A stretch of DNA of 64,000 nt, from NCBI GenBank assembly GCA_965205505.1, contig CBDBHB010000004.1, forward strand, positions 1 to 64,000, in the 5' to 3' direction. The position numbers were made by a program, and so were the translations under genes. Of this stretch, positions 49,135-58,916 are shown in pieces. The first letter of the stretch is position 1; every line of letters starts with the position of its first letter. The stretch is from Acidobacteriota bacterium. Lineage in GTDB: Bacteria > Acidobacteriota > UBA890 > WLXD01. The notes beneath the pieces are model-generated. The model made no database searches. It was not told the DNA's origin and was given only the letters and a program-made list of their open reading frames with translations.

Positions 49135-50588
49135 TGACGCGAGTATTTCGTGCGATCGGTGGCGCCACGATGCTCGCCGTTGTCGTGTTCAGCCCCGCAG
49201 CTACCGTGGCGACCAGTTGGGCCGAGCAAGGGGACTCGCGACTGGGCGCGGCGCGACGAGCTGTTCTCGACGGTCGAGTCGAGGAGGCGCTCGAGTTGCT
49301 CGCCAGGCTGGCGAGCGAGCGCCCCGAGTCGGCAGAGGTGGCGCTGTGGCTGGGTCACGCCTTGCAACGATCGGGCGATCCGCGCGGCGCGGCGCAGCAG
49401 TACGTTCAGGCGATGCGGCTCAACCCGGCGAATGCCGGCGCGCTCGTTGCGCTAGGTGACATGCAGTCGGACGCCGGCGACCTGGCGAGCGCGCTCGATT
49501 ACTACGAACAGGCGATCGTGGTGGCCCCCGACTTTCCGCTCGGGTACCGGAAGGCCGCCGGTATCGAGGTGCAGATGGTGCTACACCGCAACGCCATCGA
49601 GCATTTGAGCCAGTACCTCGAGATGCGCCCCGGCGATGTCGTGGCGATGAGCCTGCTCGGCATGGAGCAGTACCTGGACGAGGATATCGACGGTGCGATC
49701 GCCACCCTGGAACGCGTCGTCGAGCTGGATCCGGATCATGTCAACGGCCACTTCGGGCTCGGAATGGCGCTGGCGGATCGGCCCGAGGAGTACGAGCGCG
49801 CGTTGGCGCATCTGGGCGCGGCGGCCGTCGCCGATCCCGACAACGCCATGGCGCATTATCTGATCGGGCGGATCCGCGCATCGCAGGGAGAGCTCGAGCC
49901 AGCCTTGGACGCGCTGAGGGCCAGTTTGGCGATCGACGCCGAGCAACCCGATGCGCACTACCGGATCGCGCTGGTATACGCACGTTTGAGCGACCGGGAG
50001 GCCGCCCGCGTCCACCAGGTGCGATTCCAGGAGCTGTCGCGGGTACGCGACGACGAGGAAGAGCTCCAACGGCGAATCGGGCTACTCACGGAAGCCGCCG
50101 GAGTGGCGATCGGTGCCGAAGACGTAGCCGGGGTGCGAGCGGTGGCCGAGGAGCTGGCGCAGCTGGTGCCCGACGACTTGGATGTTCTCTTGGTGCAAGC
50201 TCGCATGGCATTGGCTGGCGGTGAGCCGAGCGCCGGGTTGCGCGCCACCGACCGCGCGCTGGAGCTCTATCCCGACCACTGGGAGGCTCACTATTTGCGC
50301 GGTCTATTGCTACACCGTACCGGCCACTCGGCCGACGCGCTCGGTTTCCTGGAAGCAGCGGTCGAGCTGAACTCGATGTACGGGCCCGGCTACGCCGCAC
50401 TGGGCAACGCCTTCATGGCACTCGCGGAGCCCGCGGCGGCATTGGACGCCTATCAGTCGGCGGTGACCCTGCAGCCGACGACGCCAGCTCACTATCTGAA
50501 CCTGGCCACCGTCTACGGCGCGCTCGAACAGGGCGAGCTCGAGGCCCGAGCTCTAGCCACCTACCGCCGTTTACTAGCCGAGCAATAA
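49134..50588 (+). CDS. Secreted TPR-repeat protein
   Basis: ATG overlaps the upstream TAA; signal peptide; many TPR repeats. Confidence 0.85.
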   Translation: MTRVFRAIGGATMLAVVVFSPAATVATSWAEQGDSRLGAARRAVLDGRVEEALELLARLASERPESAEVALWLGHALQRSGDPRGAAQQYVQAMRLNPANAGALVALGDMQSDAGDLASALDYYEQAIVVAPDFPLGYRKAAGIEVQMVLHRNAIEHLSQYLEMRPGDVVAMSLLGMEQYLDEDIDGAIATLERVVELDPDHVNGHFGLGMALADRPEEYERALAHLGAAAVADPDNAMAHYLIGRIRASQGELEPALDALRASLAIDAEQPDAHYRIALVYARLSDREAARVHQVRFQELSRVRDDEEELQRRIGLLTEAAGVAIGAEDVAGVRAVAEELAQLVPDDLDVLLVQARMALAGGEPSAGLRATDRALELYPDHWEAHYLRGLLLHRTGHSADALGFLEAAVELNSMYGPGYAALGNAFMALAEPAAALDAYQSAVTLQPTTPAHYLNLATVYGALEQGELEARALATYRRLLAEQ

Positions 50589-50680
50589 CGCCGACTGCGG
50601 CTGGCGGGGCGGATCGGTCGCTGGTCGAACTGCTGCTGCCGGGAACGGTGATCTTGCACCCTGGCGTCACGTGCCCGATG

Positions 50681-52441
50681 CTAGTGCCCTATCGAGTCGA
50701 GCCACGCCTCGGCGTGACCGTAGAGCCGCGCGTAGTAGTCAGCGAAACCGGCGGCGGTGAGCGGCTCCCATACATCAGGGACGGCGGGATTGCCCTCGAG
50801 AATCTCGCCGTTCGGCCGAATCGTGTGCCCGATGCTCCACATGAAGCCGATCACCGGCTGGTCGGTACCCGAAAACGCGAGCTCCTCTTCCCACTCCCAC
50901 GTGTTCGAGTATCCGCCTGCCGGCATGCCGATGATCGGACCGAGATCGTTGTCCGCGACGATGGAGTTGAACTGATCTAGATGGGAGCCGCCGTGGGGTC
51001 CGCTGATGACCACCAGCGGGCCGGTGAAGTGCAGCGGCGCCGGCTCGAGCACCCCGTTGGAATCCTTCGGTGCGTGCGCCAGCTTGAAGGGTACCGGCAC
51101 CGTCGTCGTGTCGCCGCGCGCCAGCCCCGCGATGACGTCGTTCTGCAGCCAATCCAGTAACCAGGTTCCGTCATCGATCGTCTCGGGGGAGCTGCCCTCG
51201 AGCAGCGCCCGTGCGTCGAGCTCGGCCCGCTTGACCGTAATGAACGGCTCGATCACGTCGGACAGACGCAGCGTGCCGAAGGTGGTCTTGAATGCCCGCG
51301 GCTGCAGTCGTTGCAGGGCGTACGGGCCGAGCGAGCCACCTCGACTTCGTGTCACATCGACGATCAGCGCGTCGTCGAGCCAGCCTTCCTGCTCGGCTCG
51401 GGCCACCAGCGTGTCAACGTCCTCGACCAGCGTGGCTCCAAAGCCCCACCACACCAAGATGGCGATCTTGCGCCCGTCCTCGGGCCGCAACAGATCATAG
51501 GTCGGCGTGCTGCCGACCCGAGTGAATCCGACGTACGCAGGCTCGGCGAGGTCGCGCCATACCAACGCCTCGGGGTCGTGGTAGCCGAGGGTGACAGAGT
51601 AGAAGCGGCCGTCGCCATCCTCCAGCATCAGCAGCAACTCCTCATCGACGAGGGTGGGGTGCAGCACGCCGGTTCGCCGCGGGATGGTGTTGGCGATCTC
51701 CCAGCGAAGGCCGACGGCAGTCGAGTGGCGGATGTACGGCGTGGCAAGCTCGACGTACTCGGAAATGTGCAAGCCGTTGATCTGCACGATCCGATCGCCG
51801 GGCGTGATGCGGCGTGCCGCTTCGTAGCCGTCAGCGATGTCGCCGACGAAGTAGTCCTGGGATCCGCGGCTGTAATCCGGGAACACGCGGATCGGCGACT
51901 GCCGCGGTATCGCCGTCTCCACCTCGCCCATGGTGGGGAACCCATCGGTGAGCTCCGGCGAGATCCCCCCGGGGATGAGCATGACCGACAGATGCCGATC
52001 GCGGCGCGCGGCGCTCAGCCGCGCCAGCGCGTAGAAGAGCTCGCTCTCGGTCTCCGCCCCGACCACCGCGTCGCGCTCGCCGCGCATGGCGCGGATGGGA
52101 TCGATGTCGAGCGCACTGTTCTTGATCGGCGAGAACGCCTCCCGATCCTTGGTCTTGGAGATAATTGCGCTGAAAAGTGCCACGCGTTGCTCTGCAGTGC
52201 CGACCGCTGACGTCAGCGCTGAGCAGCCGGATGCGCTCAGCGCACCCGCGAGCGCGACGACGAAGCAATGTCGGACGACAGGCAACGGTGCGTTCACCTC
52301 CGCATCGTACTGTCGCGCGTGGCGCGGCGTCGACATGGCGTACCCTCGATCTAGTGTCCTGATAACAGAGGTTCGTTGCATATTGCTGGGTCGAGATGGG
52401 GAGGAGCGACATGGTGGACGAGGCGAGTCTGGAACGCACAC
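50681..52441 (-). CDS. S41-peptidase-like lipoprotein with a PDZ-like domain (true start probably near 52336)
   Basis: ASGC lipobox; PGDRIVQING, IVDVTRSRGG, GGSHLDQF, IIGMPAGG, LEGNPAVPD. Confidence 0.65.
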   Translation of the reverse strand: MCVPDSPRPPCRSSPSRPSNMQRTSVIRTLDRGYAMSTPRHARQYDAEVNAPLPVVRHCFVVALAGALSASGCSALTSAVGTAEQRVALFSAIISKTKDREAFSPIKNSALDIDPIRAMRGERDAVVGAETESELFYALARLSAARRDRHLSVMLIPGGISPELTDGFPTMGEVETAIPRQSPIRVFPDYSRGSQDYFVGDIADGYEAARRITPGDRIVQINGLHISEYVELATPYIRHSTAVGLRWEIANTIPRRTGVLHPTLVDEELLLMLEDGDGRFYSVTLGYHDPEALVWRDLAEPAYVGFTRVGSTPTYDLLRPEDGRKIAILVWWGFGATLVEDVDTLVARAEQEGWLDDALIVDVTRSRGGSLGPYALQRLQPRAFKTTFGTLRLSDVIEPFITVKRAELDARALLEGSSPETIDDGTWLLDWLQNDVIAGLARGDTTTVPVPFKLAHAPKDSNGVLEPAPLHFTGPLVVISGPHGGSHLDQFNSIVADNDLGPIIGMPAGGYSNTWEWEEELAFSGTDQPVIGFMWSIGHTIRPNGEILEGNPAVPDVWEPLTAAGFADYYARLYGHAEAWLDSIGH

Positions 52442-52944
52442 CCGGCGGCACGGTTGCTACTAGCGACGGCTGGTTCGTGTTGCACACCTCTGACGCTCCC
52501 TGGATGCGCAGCGCGCGCTTCGGAGCCGGTTGCCGCTTCGAGGGCCAGGCACGGTTCCCGCAAGTCGGCATCAACCTTCGAGTCCTGGAGCCCGGAACGC
52601 CCGCCTGCCTCTACCACCGCGAGAACGCCCAGGAGGACTTCTTCGTCATCTCCGGCAAGGGCACTCTCGTCGTCGAAGAGCAGGAACGGTCCCTACGAGC
52701 CGGAGACTTCGTTCACTGTCCCGCCGAGACGAACCATGTGCTCGTCGGCGCCGGCGACGGCCCCTGCGTGATCCTGATGATCGGCTACCGACCCGATCAG
52801 GAGGAGCTCTGCTACCCGGTGAGCGCAGCCGCCGCCAAGTACGGTGGCTCGGTGGCCGAGGAAACTCCGAGCCAGAAGGAAGCGTACGGTTCGATGGACA
52901 TCGAGCCCATTGCGCCCATGTGGCTGCTGTATGGGGCGGACTGA
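52411..52944 (+). CDS. Cupin-domain protein
   Basis: CLYHRENAQEDFFVISG, AGDFVHCPAETNH; RBS GGAGGAG. Confidence 0.88.
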   Translation: MVDEASLERTPGGTVATSDGWFVLHTSDAPWMRSARFGAGCRFEGQARFPQVGINLRVLEPGTPACLYHRENAQEDFFVISGKGTLVVEEQERSLRAGDFVHCPAETNHVLVGAGDGPCVILMIGYRPDQEELCYPVSAAAAKYGGSVAEETPSQKEAYGSMDIEPIAPMWLLYGAD

Positions 52945-53854
52945 AGAGCACCTCGTGTGGGCGCGGCGGGCCGAAGCGCTGTCGGTGGCCTCCGTCGCCG
53001 AGATCGTTTCCGAGCGCTTCCGCGACCTTCGCGGGCTGCGTGTCGACTTCCTGGGCGAAGGCTGGGACTACCGTGCGTTCGAAGTGGATTCTCGATGGGT
53101 ATTCCGCTTTCCGAAACGCGAGTCGAGCAACGCCCGCCTGAAGATGGAGCATGGGCTGCTAGCGGGACTCGCCGGCTCGCTGCCCTTGCGCGTGCCCCTC
53201 TACGCATACCTGGCGAGGGTTCCCGGGCACCCGGAGTGGCGCTTCGGCGGCTACCGCAAGCTCCCTGGACCGGCTGCCGAAGCTGCCGATCGTGTCGATT
53301 CGATGGCGGTCGCCCGACAGCTCGGCCACTTCCTGGATCGCCTCCACGCCTATCCGCTCGAGGCGGCGCGCGCCGCAGGAGTCCCCGAACGTCCCGATCT
53401 TGCGGAACAGATGTCGGAGCGGGCGCGCCGGCAACTCGCGCGCATCGAGGACCGCGAGATCGACCTCCCACGGCTTGGCGCCTTTCTCGACGCGGGCGCG
53501 CCCGCTCCTTGCAGCACGCGCCTGACGCTGGTCCACAATGACCTCGGGCCGGATCACGTCTTGGTCGATCCGGACTCGGGGCAGGCACGCGCGGTGATCG
53601 ATTGGAGCGACGCGGTGATCGCCGAGCCGGCCGCCGACTTCGCCGGCATCAACGCTTGGCTGGGCGAGCGTTGCGTAGAACGTGCCTTGGAGCACTACAC
53701 GCACGAGTTGGACACCGCGCTCATCGCCCGCGCTCGGTACCTGGGAATATGCGTGGCCCTCCACCTCCTCACGCTGTCGCGACAGCTCGACCAAGCTGGG
53801 TGGGAGAGGGTCGGCATGAGGGCGTTGCGACGCGATTTCGCTTCCGAGCAGTGA
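52931..53854 (+). CDS. Aminoglycoside-phosphotransferase (APH)-family kinase
   Basis: LGEGWD, VFRFP, VHNDLGPDHV, VIDWSD. Confidence 0.85.
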   Translation: MGRTEEHLVWARRAEALSVASVAEIVSERFRDLRGLRVDFLGEGWDYRAFEVDSRWVFRFPKRESSNARLKMEHGLLAGLAGSLPLRVPLYAYLARVPGHPEWRFGGYRKLPGPAAEAADRVDSMAVARQLGHFLDRLHAYPLEAARAAGVPERPDLAEQMSERARRQLARIEDREIDLPRLGAFLDAGAPAPCSTRLTLVHNDLGPDHVLVDPDSGQARAVIDWSDAVIAEPAADFAGINAWLGERCVERALEHYTHELDTALIARARYLGICVALHLLTLSRQLDQAGWERVGMRALRRDFASEQ

Positions 53855-53857
53855 GCG

Positions 53858-54532
53858 ATGGGTGACGGGCAGAACCTCGAAGCCGTCCGACTCCCCATCG
53901 TCGCCGTCATCGGCTCCGGATCGCCGCATCATCCCAGCGCTCGCCTCGCCGCTGAGCTCGGCGCCCTGGTGGCTCGTAAGCACTGCCACCTGCTGACCGG
54001 CGGCGGCGGCGGCGTGATGTTCGACGCCTCGCGGGGATTCACCGCGGTGGGAGCGCGCAGCGGCCTGGCGATCGGCGTCATCCCTCGTGCTGCTAGCGGC
54101 GACGGCCCCAAGCCTGGCTATCCCAACGAGCACGTCGAGGTACCGATCTACACCCACCTTGCCGGTGCCGACCCGACCTCGGTGCAAAGCCGCAATCCGA
54201 TCAACGTGCTGACTTGTTGCTGTGTGGTGGCCCTGCCGGGCGACGCCGGGACGCGCGCCGAGGCGCGGCTGGCACTGCGCTACGGCACGCCGATTCGGGC
54301 CGTCATCGACGTCGGCGCGGCGCCCTCTTCGACCCTGTTCGAAAAAACGATGACGGCGATGGGCGTGGCTTGCGTGCACGTCGAGATGCGTCCCGGCAAG
54401 AACGCGGACTTCGATCTCGGGTCGGTCGAGGCGTTCATCAACGGCTCTCCGGTAAGACCTTGCGACACCGTGAGCGTGAGTAGGACGTCGCCGACAGTCG
54501 GCGAGCATGCGGCTCGTTTCGATCGCCCATGA
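53858..54532 (+). CDS. SLOG/LOG-family nucleotide-binding protein (Moco carrier-like)
   Basis: VAVIGSG, LLTGGGGGVM, IGVIP, SRNPINV, LPGDAGTRAE. Confidence 0.75.
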   Translation: MGDGQNLEAVRLPIVAVIGSGSPHHPSARLAAELGALVARKHCHLLTGGGGGVMFDASRGFTAVGARSGLAIGVIPRAASGDGPKPGYPNEHVEVPIYTHLAGADPTSVQSRNPINVLTCCCVVALPGDAGTRAEARLALRYGTPIRAVIDVGAAPSSTLFEKTMTAMGVACVHVEMRPGKNADFDLGSVEAFINGSPVRPCDTVSVSRTSPTVGEHAARFDRP

Positions 54533-54683
54533 GTGAGCGCATCGTCGGCTACGACCTGGCACGGGCGCTTGCCGTCTTCGGGATGGTCACGGTGAACTTC
54601 AAGGTCGTCATGACCACACCGGATGCCGGTCCTGCGTGGCTGGCACGGACGGTCGAGCTGCTCGAGGGTCGGGCCGCCGCAAC
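54529..54683 (+). pseudogene. N-terminal fragment of a DUF418-type membrane protein
   Basis: MSERIVGYDLARALAVFGMVTVNF...LLEGRAAAT, then similarity stops. Confidence 0.6.
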
Positions 54684-54817
54684 CAACCTGTGCGGACTTC
54701 GGCCGCCGAGTTGCCTTCGGTCATGCGGCCAGCGGCCGGAGATCCGGTTGCTGTGGGTGTATCATCCGCCGGTTGACCGGGCATGAGCCCTATTGCCGAG
54801 GGAGCTGGGAGAAGCAG

Positions 54818-56857
54818 ATGCCGACGATCGCGCGTTCGAAGCCCACGTGGACGAAACCTGCGATGTGCGCCGCGATCGCGGTCACCCTGTGCTTGATGTC
54901 GATGCCTGCGGTCGGTCAGAACGCCGGATCGAGCACCGGCACCGAGAACGGCGAATGGCGCCACTGGGGCGGCGATACCTTCAGCACACGCTATTCGCCG
55001 CTCGACCAGATCAACGCCGACAACTTCGAGGATCTCGAGGTCGCCTGGGTGTGGAGGGGCGACAATTACGGCCCTTCGGTAGACAACATCATGCGCTCCA
55101 CACCGACTTATGTGAACGGAGTGCTCTACACGGTCGCCGGTCAGCGGCGCACGGTCGTCGCTATCGACCCGGCCACCGGCGAGACGCTGTGGACCTATCG
55201 TGAGCCCTACACACCGCGTTGGGAACAATCGATGCGGAAGAACTACGGCAAGGGCGTCGGCTACGCCAACATCGACCGGCGCGGTGTGATCTACATGATC
55301 TCGCCGGGCTTCTTCCTGCACGCGCTCGACGCCGTCACCGGAAAGCCGATCGAGCAGTTCGGCAACGAGGGCACTGTAGATCTACTGGCCGACTTCGGCT
55401 ACGAGTACGACGCCTACGAGGGTCTCCCCAACGAAGTCGGCTATATCACCAACTCGTCGCCGCCGATGGTGGTCAACGATGTGGTAGTGGTGGGCAACTC
55501 CCACGAGCAGGGGTACCGACAGACGCGCCGCGAGAACGTGCCTGGGCATGTGTTGGCCTATGACGCACGCTCCGGCGAGCACCTGTGGAAGTTCAACGTT
55601 ATTCCGCAGCCGGGCGAGTTCGGCCACGACACCTGGGACAACGACGCGTGGTCGTACACCGGCAACGTATCAGCATGGGCACCGATGGCCGCCGACCCGG
55701 AGCTCGGGCTGGTCTACTTCGCCACCGACCCACCGACCAACGATTACTGGGGAGGCCACCATCCCGGCGACAACCTCTTCGCCACCACGATAATTGCCGT
55801 CGATATCAAGACAGGTAAGCGCTGCTGGCACTTCCAAACGGTGCACCACGACATCTGGAATTACGACAACCCCACTGCGCCGAACCTCGTCGACATCACC
55901 GTTGACGGCAGGAGGATTCCGGCGCTGGTACAGACGACCAAGCAGAGCTTCGCCTATGTGCTCAACCGTGAGACCGGCGAGCCGGTGTGGCCGATCGAGG
56001 AGCGCCCAGTTCCAAGATCGAAGATACCGGGTGAATACACTTCGCCGACGCAGCCCTTCCCGACCAGGCCGGCGGCGTACGAGATGCAGGGTGTCACCGA
56101 GGACGACCTGATTGACTTCACACCGCAGCTCCGGCAGGCGGCGATAGAGATGCTCAGCGAGTACGAGCTCGGGCCGCTGTTCAACCCGCCGCTGCACCGC
56201 GACAACGACCTGGGCCTCAGAGCCTCGGTCCATTGCCCGGGAGGCAACGGTGGCACCAACATCCCCGGTGGCGCGGCAGTCGACCCGGAGATCCAGATTC
56301 TCTACGTCGCGTCTACGAAGACTTGCTCCGCGCCGACGTTGATTCCAGGCAGCGAGGCAGATGCCAACGATCCCAACCCGATCGGCAAGACGGTCACGGC
56401 GTGGGCCAGCGGACCGGGCTTTGGGCCCGGTGGAGTCCAGGGTTTGCCCTACCTGAAGCCGCCCTACGGTCGCATCACTGCGATCGATCTGAACACCGGC
56501 GAGCATCTGTGGTGGATCCCCAACGGCGACACACCCGACGCGATTACCCATCACCCGGCGCTTCAGGGCCTCGATATCCCCAACACCGGAAAGCCAAGCC
56601 ACGCCACCAAGGTGATTACCAAGACACTGCTCATCTACGCCGAGGGCCGCCGCGGCGCTCCACTGTTGCACGCGGTCGACAAGCTCACCGGCGAGCGGCT
56701 CGGCACGGTTGATATCCCGGCGCAGAGCAACAGCGCGCCCATGACCTACATGCACGAGGGCAGGCAGTACATCGTGCTGCCCATAGGCGGGCCGGCCCAC
56801 TCCGGTTCGCTCGCCGCCGTGGCGCTACCTACCGGACTAGCCCAACCGGATCACTAG
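54818..56857 (+). CDS. PQQ-binding beta-propeller quinoprotein (glucose dehydrogenase-like)
   Basis: EWRHWGGD, RYSPLDQI, STP, WHFQTVHHDIWNYD, PIEERPVP, KPPYGRITAIDL, PMTY..GRQY. Confidence 0.9.
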   Translation: MPTIARSKPTWTKPAMCAAIAVTLCLMSMPAVGQNAGSSTGTENGEWRHWGGDTFSTRYSPLDQINADNFEDLEVAWVWRGDNYGPSVDNIMRSTPTYVNGVLYTVAGQRRTVVAIDPATGETLWTYREPYTPRWEQSMRKNYGKGVGYANIDRRGVIYMISPGFFLHALDAVTGKPIEQFGNEGTVDLLADFGYEYDAYEGLPNEVGYITNSSPPMVVNDVVVVGNSHEQGYRQTRRENVPGHVLAYDARSGEHLWKFNVIPQPGEFGHDTWDNDAWSYTGNVSAWAPMAADPELGLVYFATDPPTNDYWGGHHPGDNLFATTIIAVDIKTGKRCWHFQTVHHDIWNYDNPTAPNLVDITVDGRRIPALVQTTKQSFAYVLNRETGEPVWPIEERPVPRSKIPGEYTSPTQPFPTRPAAYEMQGVTEDDLIDFTPQLRQAAIEMLSEYELGPLFNPPLHRDNDLGLRASVHCPGGNGGTNIPGGAAVDPEIQILYVASTKTCSAPTLIPGSEADANDPNPIGKTVTAWASGPGFGPGGVQGLPYLKPPYGRITAIDLNTGEHLWWIPNGDTPDAITHHPALQGLDIPNTGKPSHATKVITKTLLIYAEGRRGAPLLHAVDKLTGERLGTVDIPAQSNSAPMTYMHEGRQYIVLPIGGPAHSGSLAAVALPTGLAQPDH

Positions 56858-56863
56858 CGTGCA

Positions 56864-56897
56864 CTAGCAGGCTGGGGGGGCCACCACGGCCTGCTAG
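56864..56897. repeat. Collapsed family-B element (hairpin) between convergent genes
   Basis: ctagcaggc...ccaccacggcctgctag. Confidence 0.7.
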
Positions 56898-58869
56898 CTA
56901 CCCCTCGATACGCGTCGCCTCGAACACCCCGTTGGGCTGGATGAAACGGGCACCGGTGACAACCGCCGAGTCGTCGAGCAGAAACTCGAGGCTGAATCCG
57001 CTCAAGCGACCGATACCGAATTCGGTGCCGCGCATCGGCTCGAGCGAGTAGACTGGCTGACCCGGCAAGGCAACCCGTAGCTCGGTGCCGTGAAGCGTTA
57101 CCTCGGCCCGCTGGCTGGTTAGCTCGTAGACGCCCACGAACTGCGCCAAGTAGTGGGCATCCGAGAGCCGCTCGTAGGCACGCTTGGTGAACACGATCGG
57201 GTCCATCTGCGACTCGAACGGCACCGCGAGCTCGGCAATCTCGCCGGCGGTGTCGAGGCGGAACAGCACCTTGGTGTCTTCGAACGTGGGATCTTCGCCG
57301 TCGTCCATACCGTTGAAGGTGTTGTGGTGCCAGTGCTCGAGGTTGACGGCCATGTTGTTGTACTTCATTCGCAGACGGCCCTCATCGAGGGACACCTCGA
57401 CGACCCCGTACCCCGGCTGCTCATACTTGCCGGCGTACTCGGCCAGCGGATGCGTCGGCGCCGTGCCCGCCTTGCGCTTGGCCTCGGCGTTGGTGCGCGC
57501 CTCCGCCTGCGCTTTCTCTCCTTCTTCGACGGCCTCCAACGCCTCGGCGAGGTAGCCGGCGTCGTCGAGTCCCAGGATGCGATCGATCACCGTCCGCGCC
57601 ACCGCCGTGGGCACCGGATTAGCGCCGGCCGCATTCGTGTAGACCACCACGCCGAAGTCGTCCAACGGTAGCAGGGCGACCCAGGAGATGAACCCATTGA
57701 TGCCGCCGCCATGCTGCACGAGGAAGTGGCCGCGGTGAGCCTCGATCGACCAACCGAGACCGTAGCCCATGGTCATCGTCCGCGACCCGCTCGGATACTC
57801 CGAGATCGCCATGTGCGGCGTGTGCATCTCCCGCAGCGTAGCCGCCTCGATGAGGCGTTTGTCGCCGATGGCCCCGCCGCCCAGCTGCATCCGCATCCAC
57901 TGGCTCATCTCCGAGACCGACGAGTTGATCGATCCGGCCGGCCCGATGATGTCGATGTTGCGGAACGGGATGAGTTGCGAGGCGCGATCTTCGAGCGCGT
58001 AGGGCGACGCGTGGTCGGGGTCCTGCTGTGAGGCAAGCACCGAGAAGTTCGAACGCTGCATGCCCAGCGGCGTGAAGATACGCTCGCGCACCAGGTCTTC
58101 CCAGCTCTTGTCGGTGATGCGCTCCGCCAGGTAACCCGCGGTCATGAACATGAGGTTCTGATACTGGAACTCCTCGCCCAGGTCGCGGGTGGGCTCCAGA
58201 TATGCCAGGCGCGCAAATAGCTCCTTGCGAGACAGCGGCGAGCTCGCCTTCGTCGACCAACGTCCCGAGGATGAACGCGGTAAACGCCTTAGTGGTCGAT
58301 CCGATGGCGAACAGCGTGTCGGGAGTAACGGGTGTGGCGTCGTCGACATGCCGCAGCCCATATCCCTTGGCGAACACCACCTCGTCGGAGGCGACCACGG
58401 CGATGGCCAACCCGGGCACGCCGAAGTCCTCGAGCGCACTCTCGATCACGGCATCGATGTCGGCAAGCGCGGCGCGGGCGTTGTCGGCGATCGGCATGCC
58501 GCGCGTGAGCTCGAAGGGAAACGAGCCGCCCCCTTGAGTGAACTCGCCGCTAATCTGGTCGCCTTCGACGGTACCGTTGAAGATCGGCTCGCCGGGAACA
58601 CCGACGATCGCGAAGCGGACCGAGTCTCCGTCAACAGAGAGCTCGCCCAGCGGCAGGTCGGTGGCGTTCTGCGCCGGGATGCTGATCGTCCCCGCGAGGT
58701 CGCTGCCTGAGTCCGTGAAGTCGAGCTTGACTACCAGCGGCGATCCGGGAATCTCGATCGACCCTTCCCAGTGCCCGGCCAGCGTGGATTGGGCCAGCGC
58801 AGCAGCGGCCGGGAAAGCCACCAGCGCACCGACGAGGAATACAGCATTGACAGCAGCGGTTCGCCGCAT
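56898..58869 (-). pseudogene. Beta-lactamase-family serine hydrolase with DUF3471-like C-terminus, frameshifted by an internal deletion near 58240
   Basis: IGSTTKAF (SxxK) in one frame; FQYQN (YxN) and HGGGINGF in another; the usual LLxHxSG segment is absent. Confidence 0.85.
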
Positions 58870-58916
58870 GACCGTGCCTCCGGGAGAGAATTGCCAGGTG
58901 CGCAAGATTCTACCGG

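Noticed and set aside
52931-53854. Bona fide aminoglycoside resistance gene
   Set aside because: Only generic APH-fold motifs are present; the substrate cannot be inferred from the sequence
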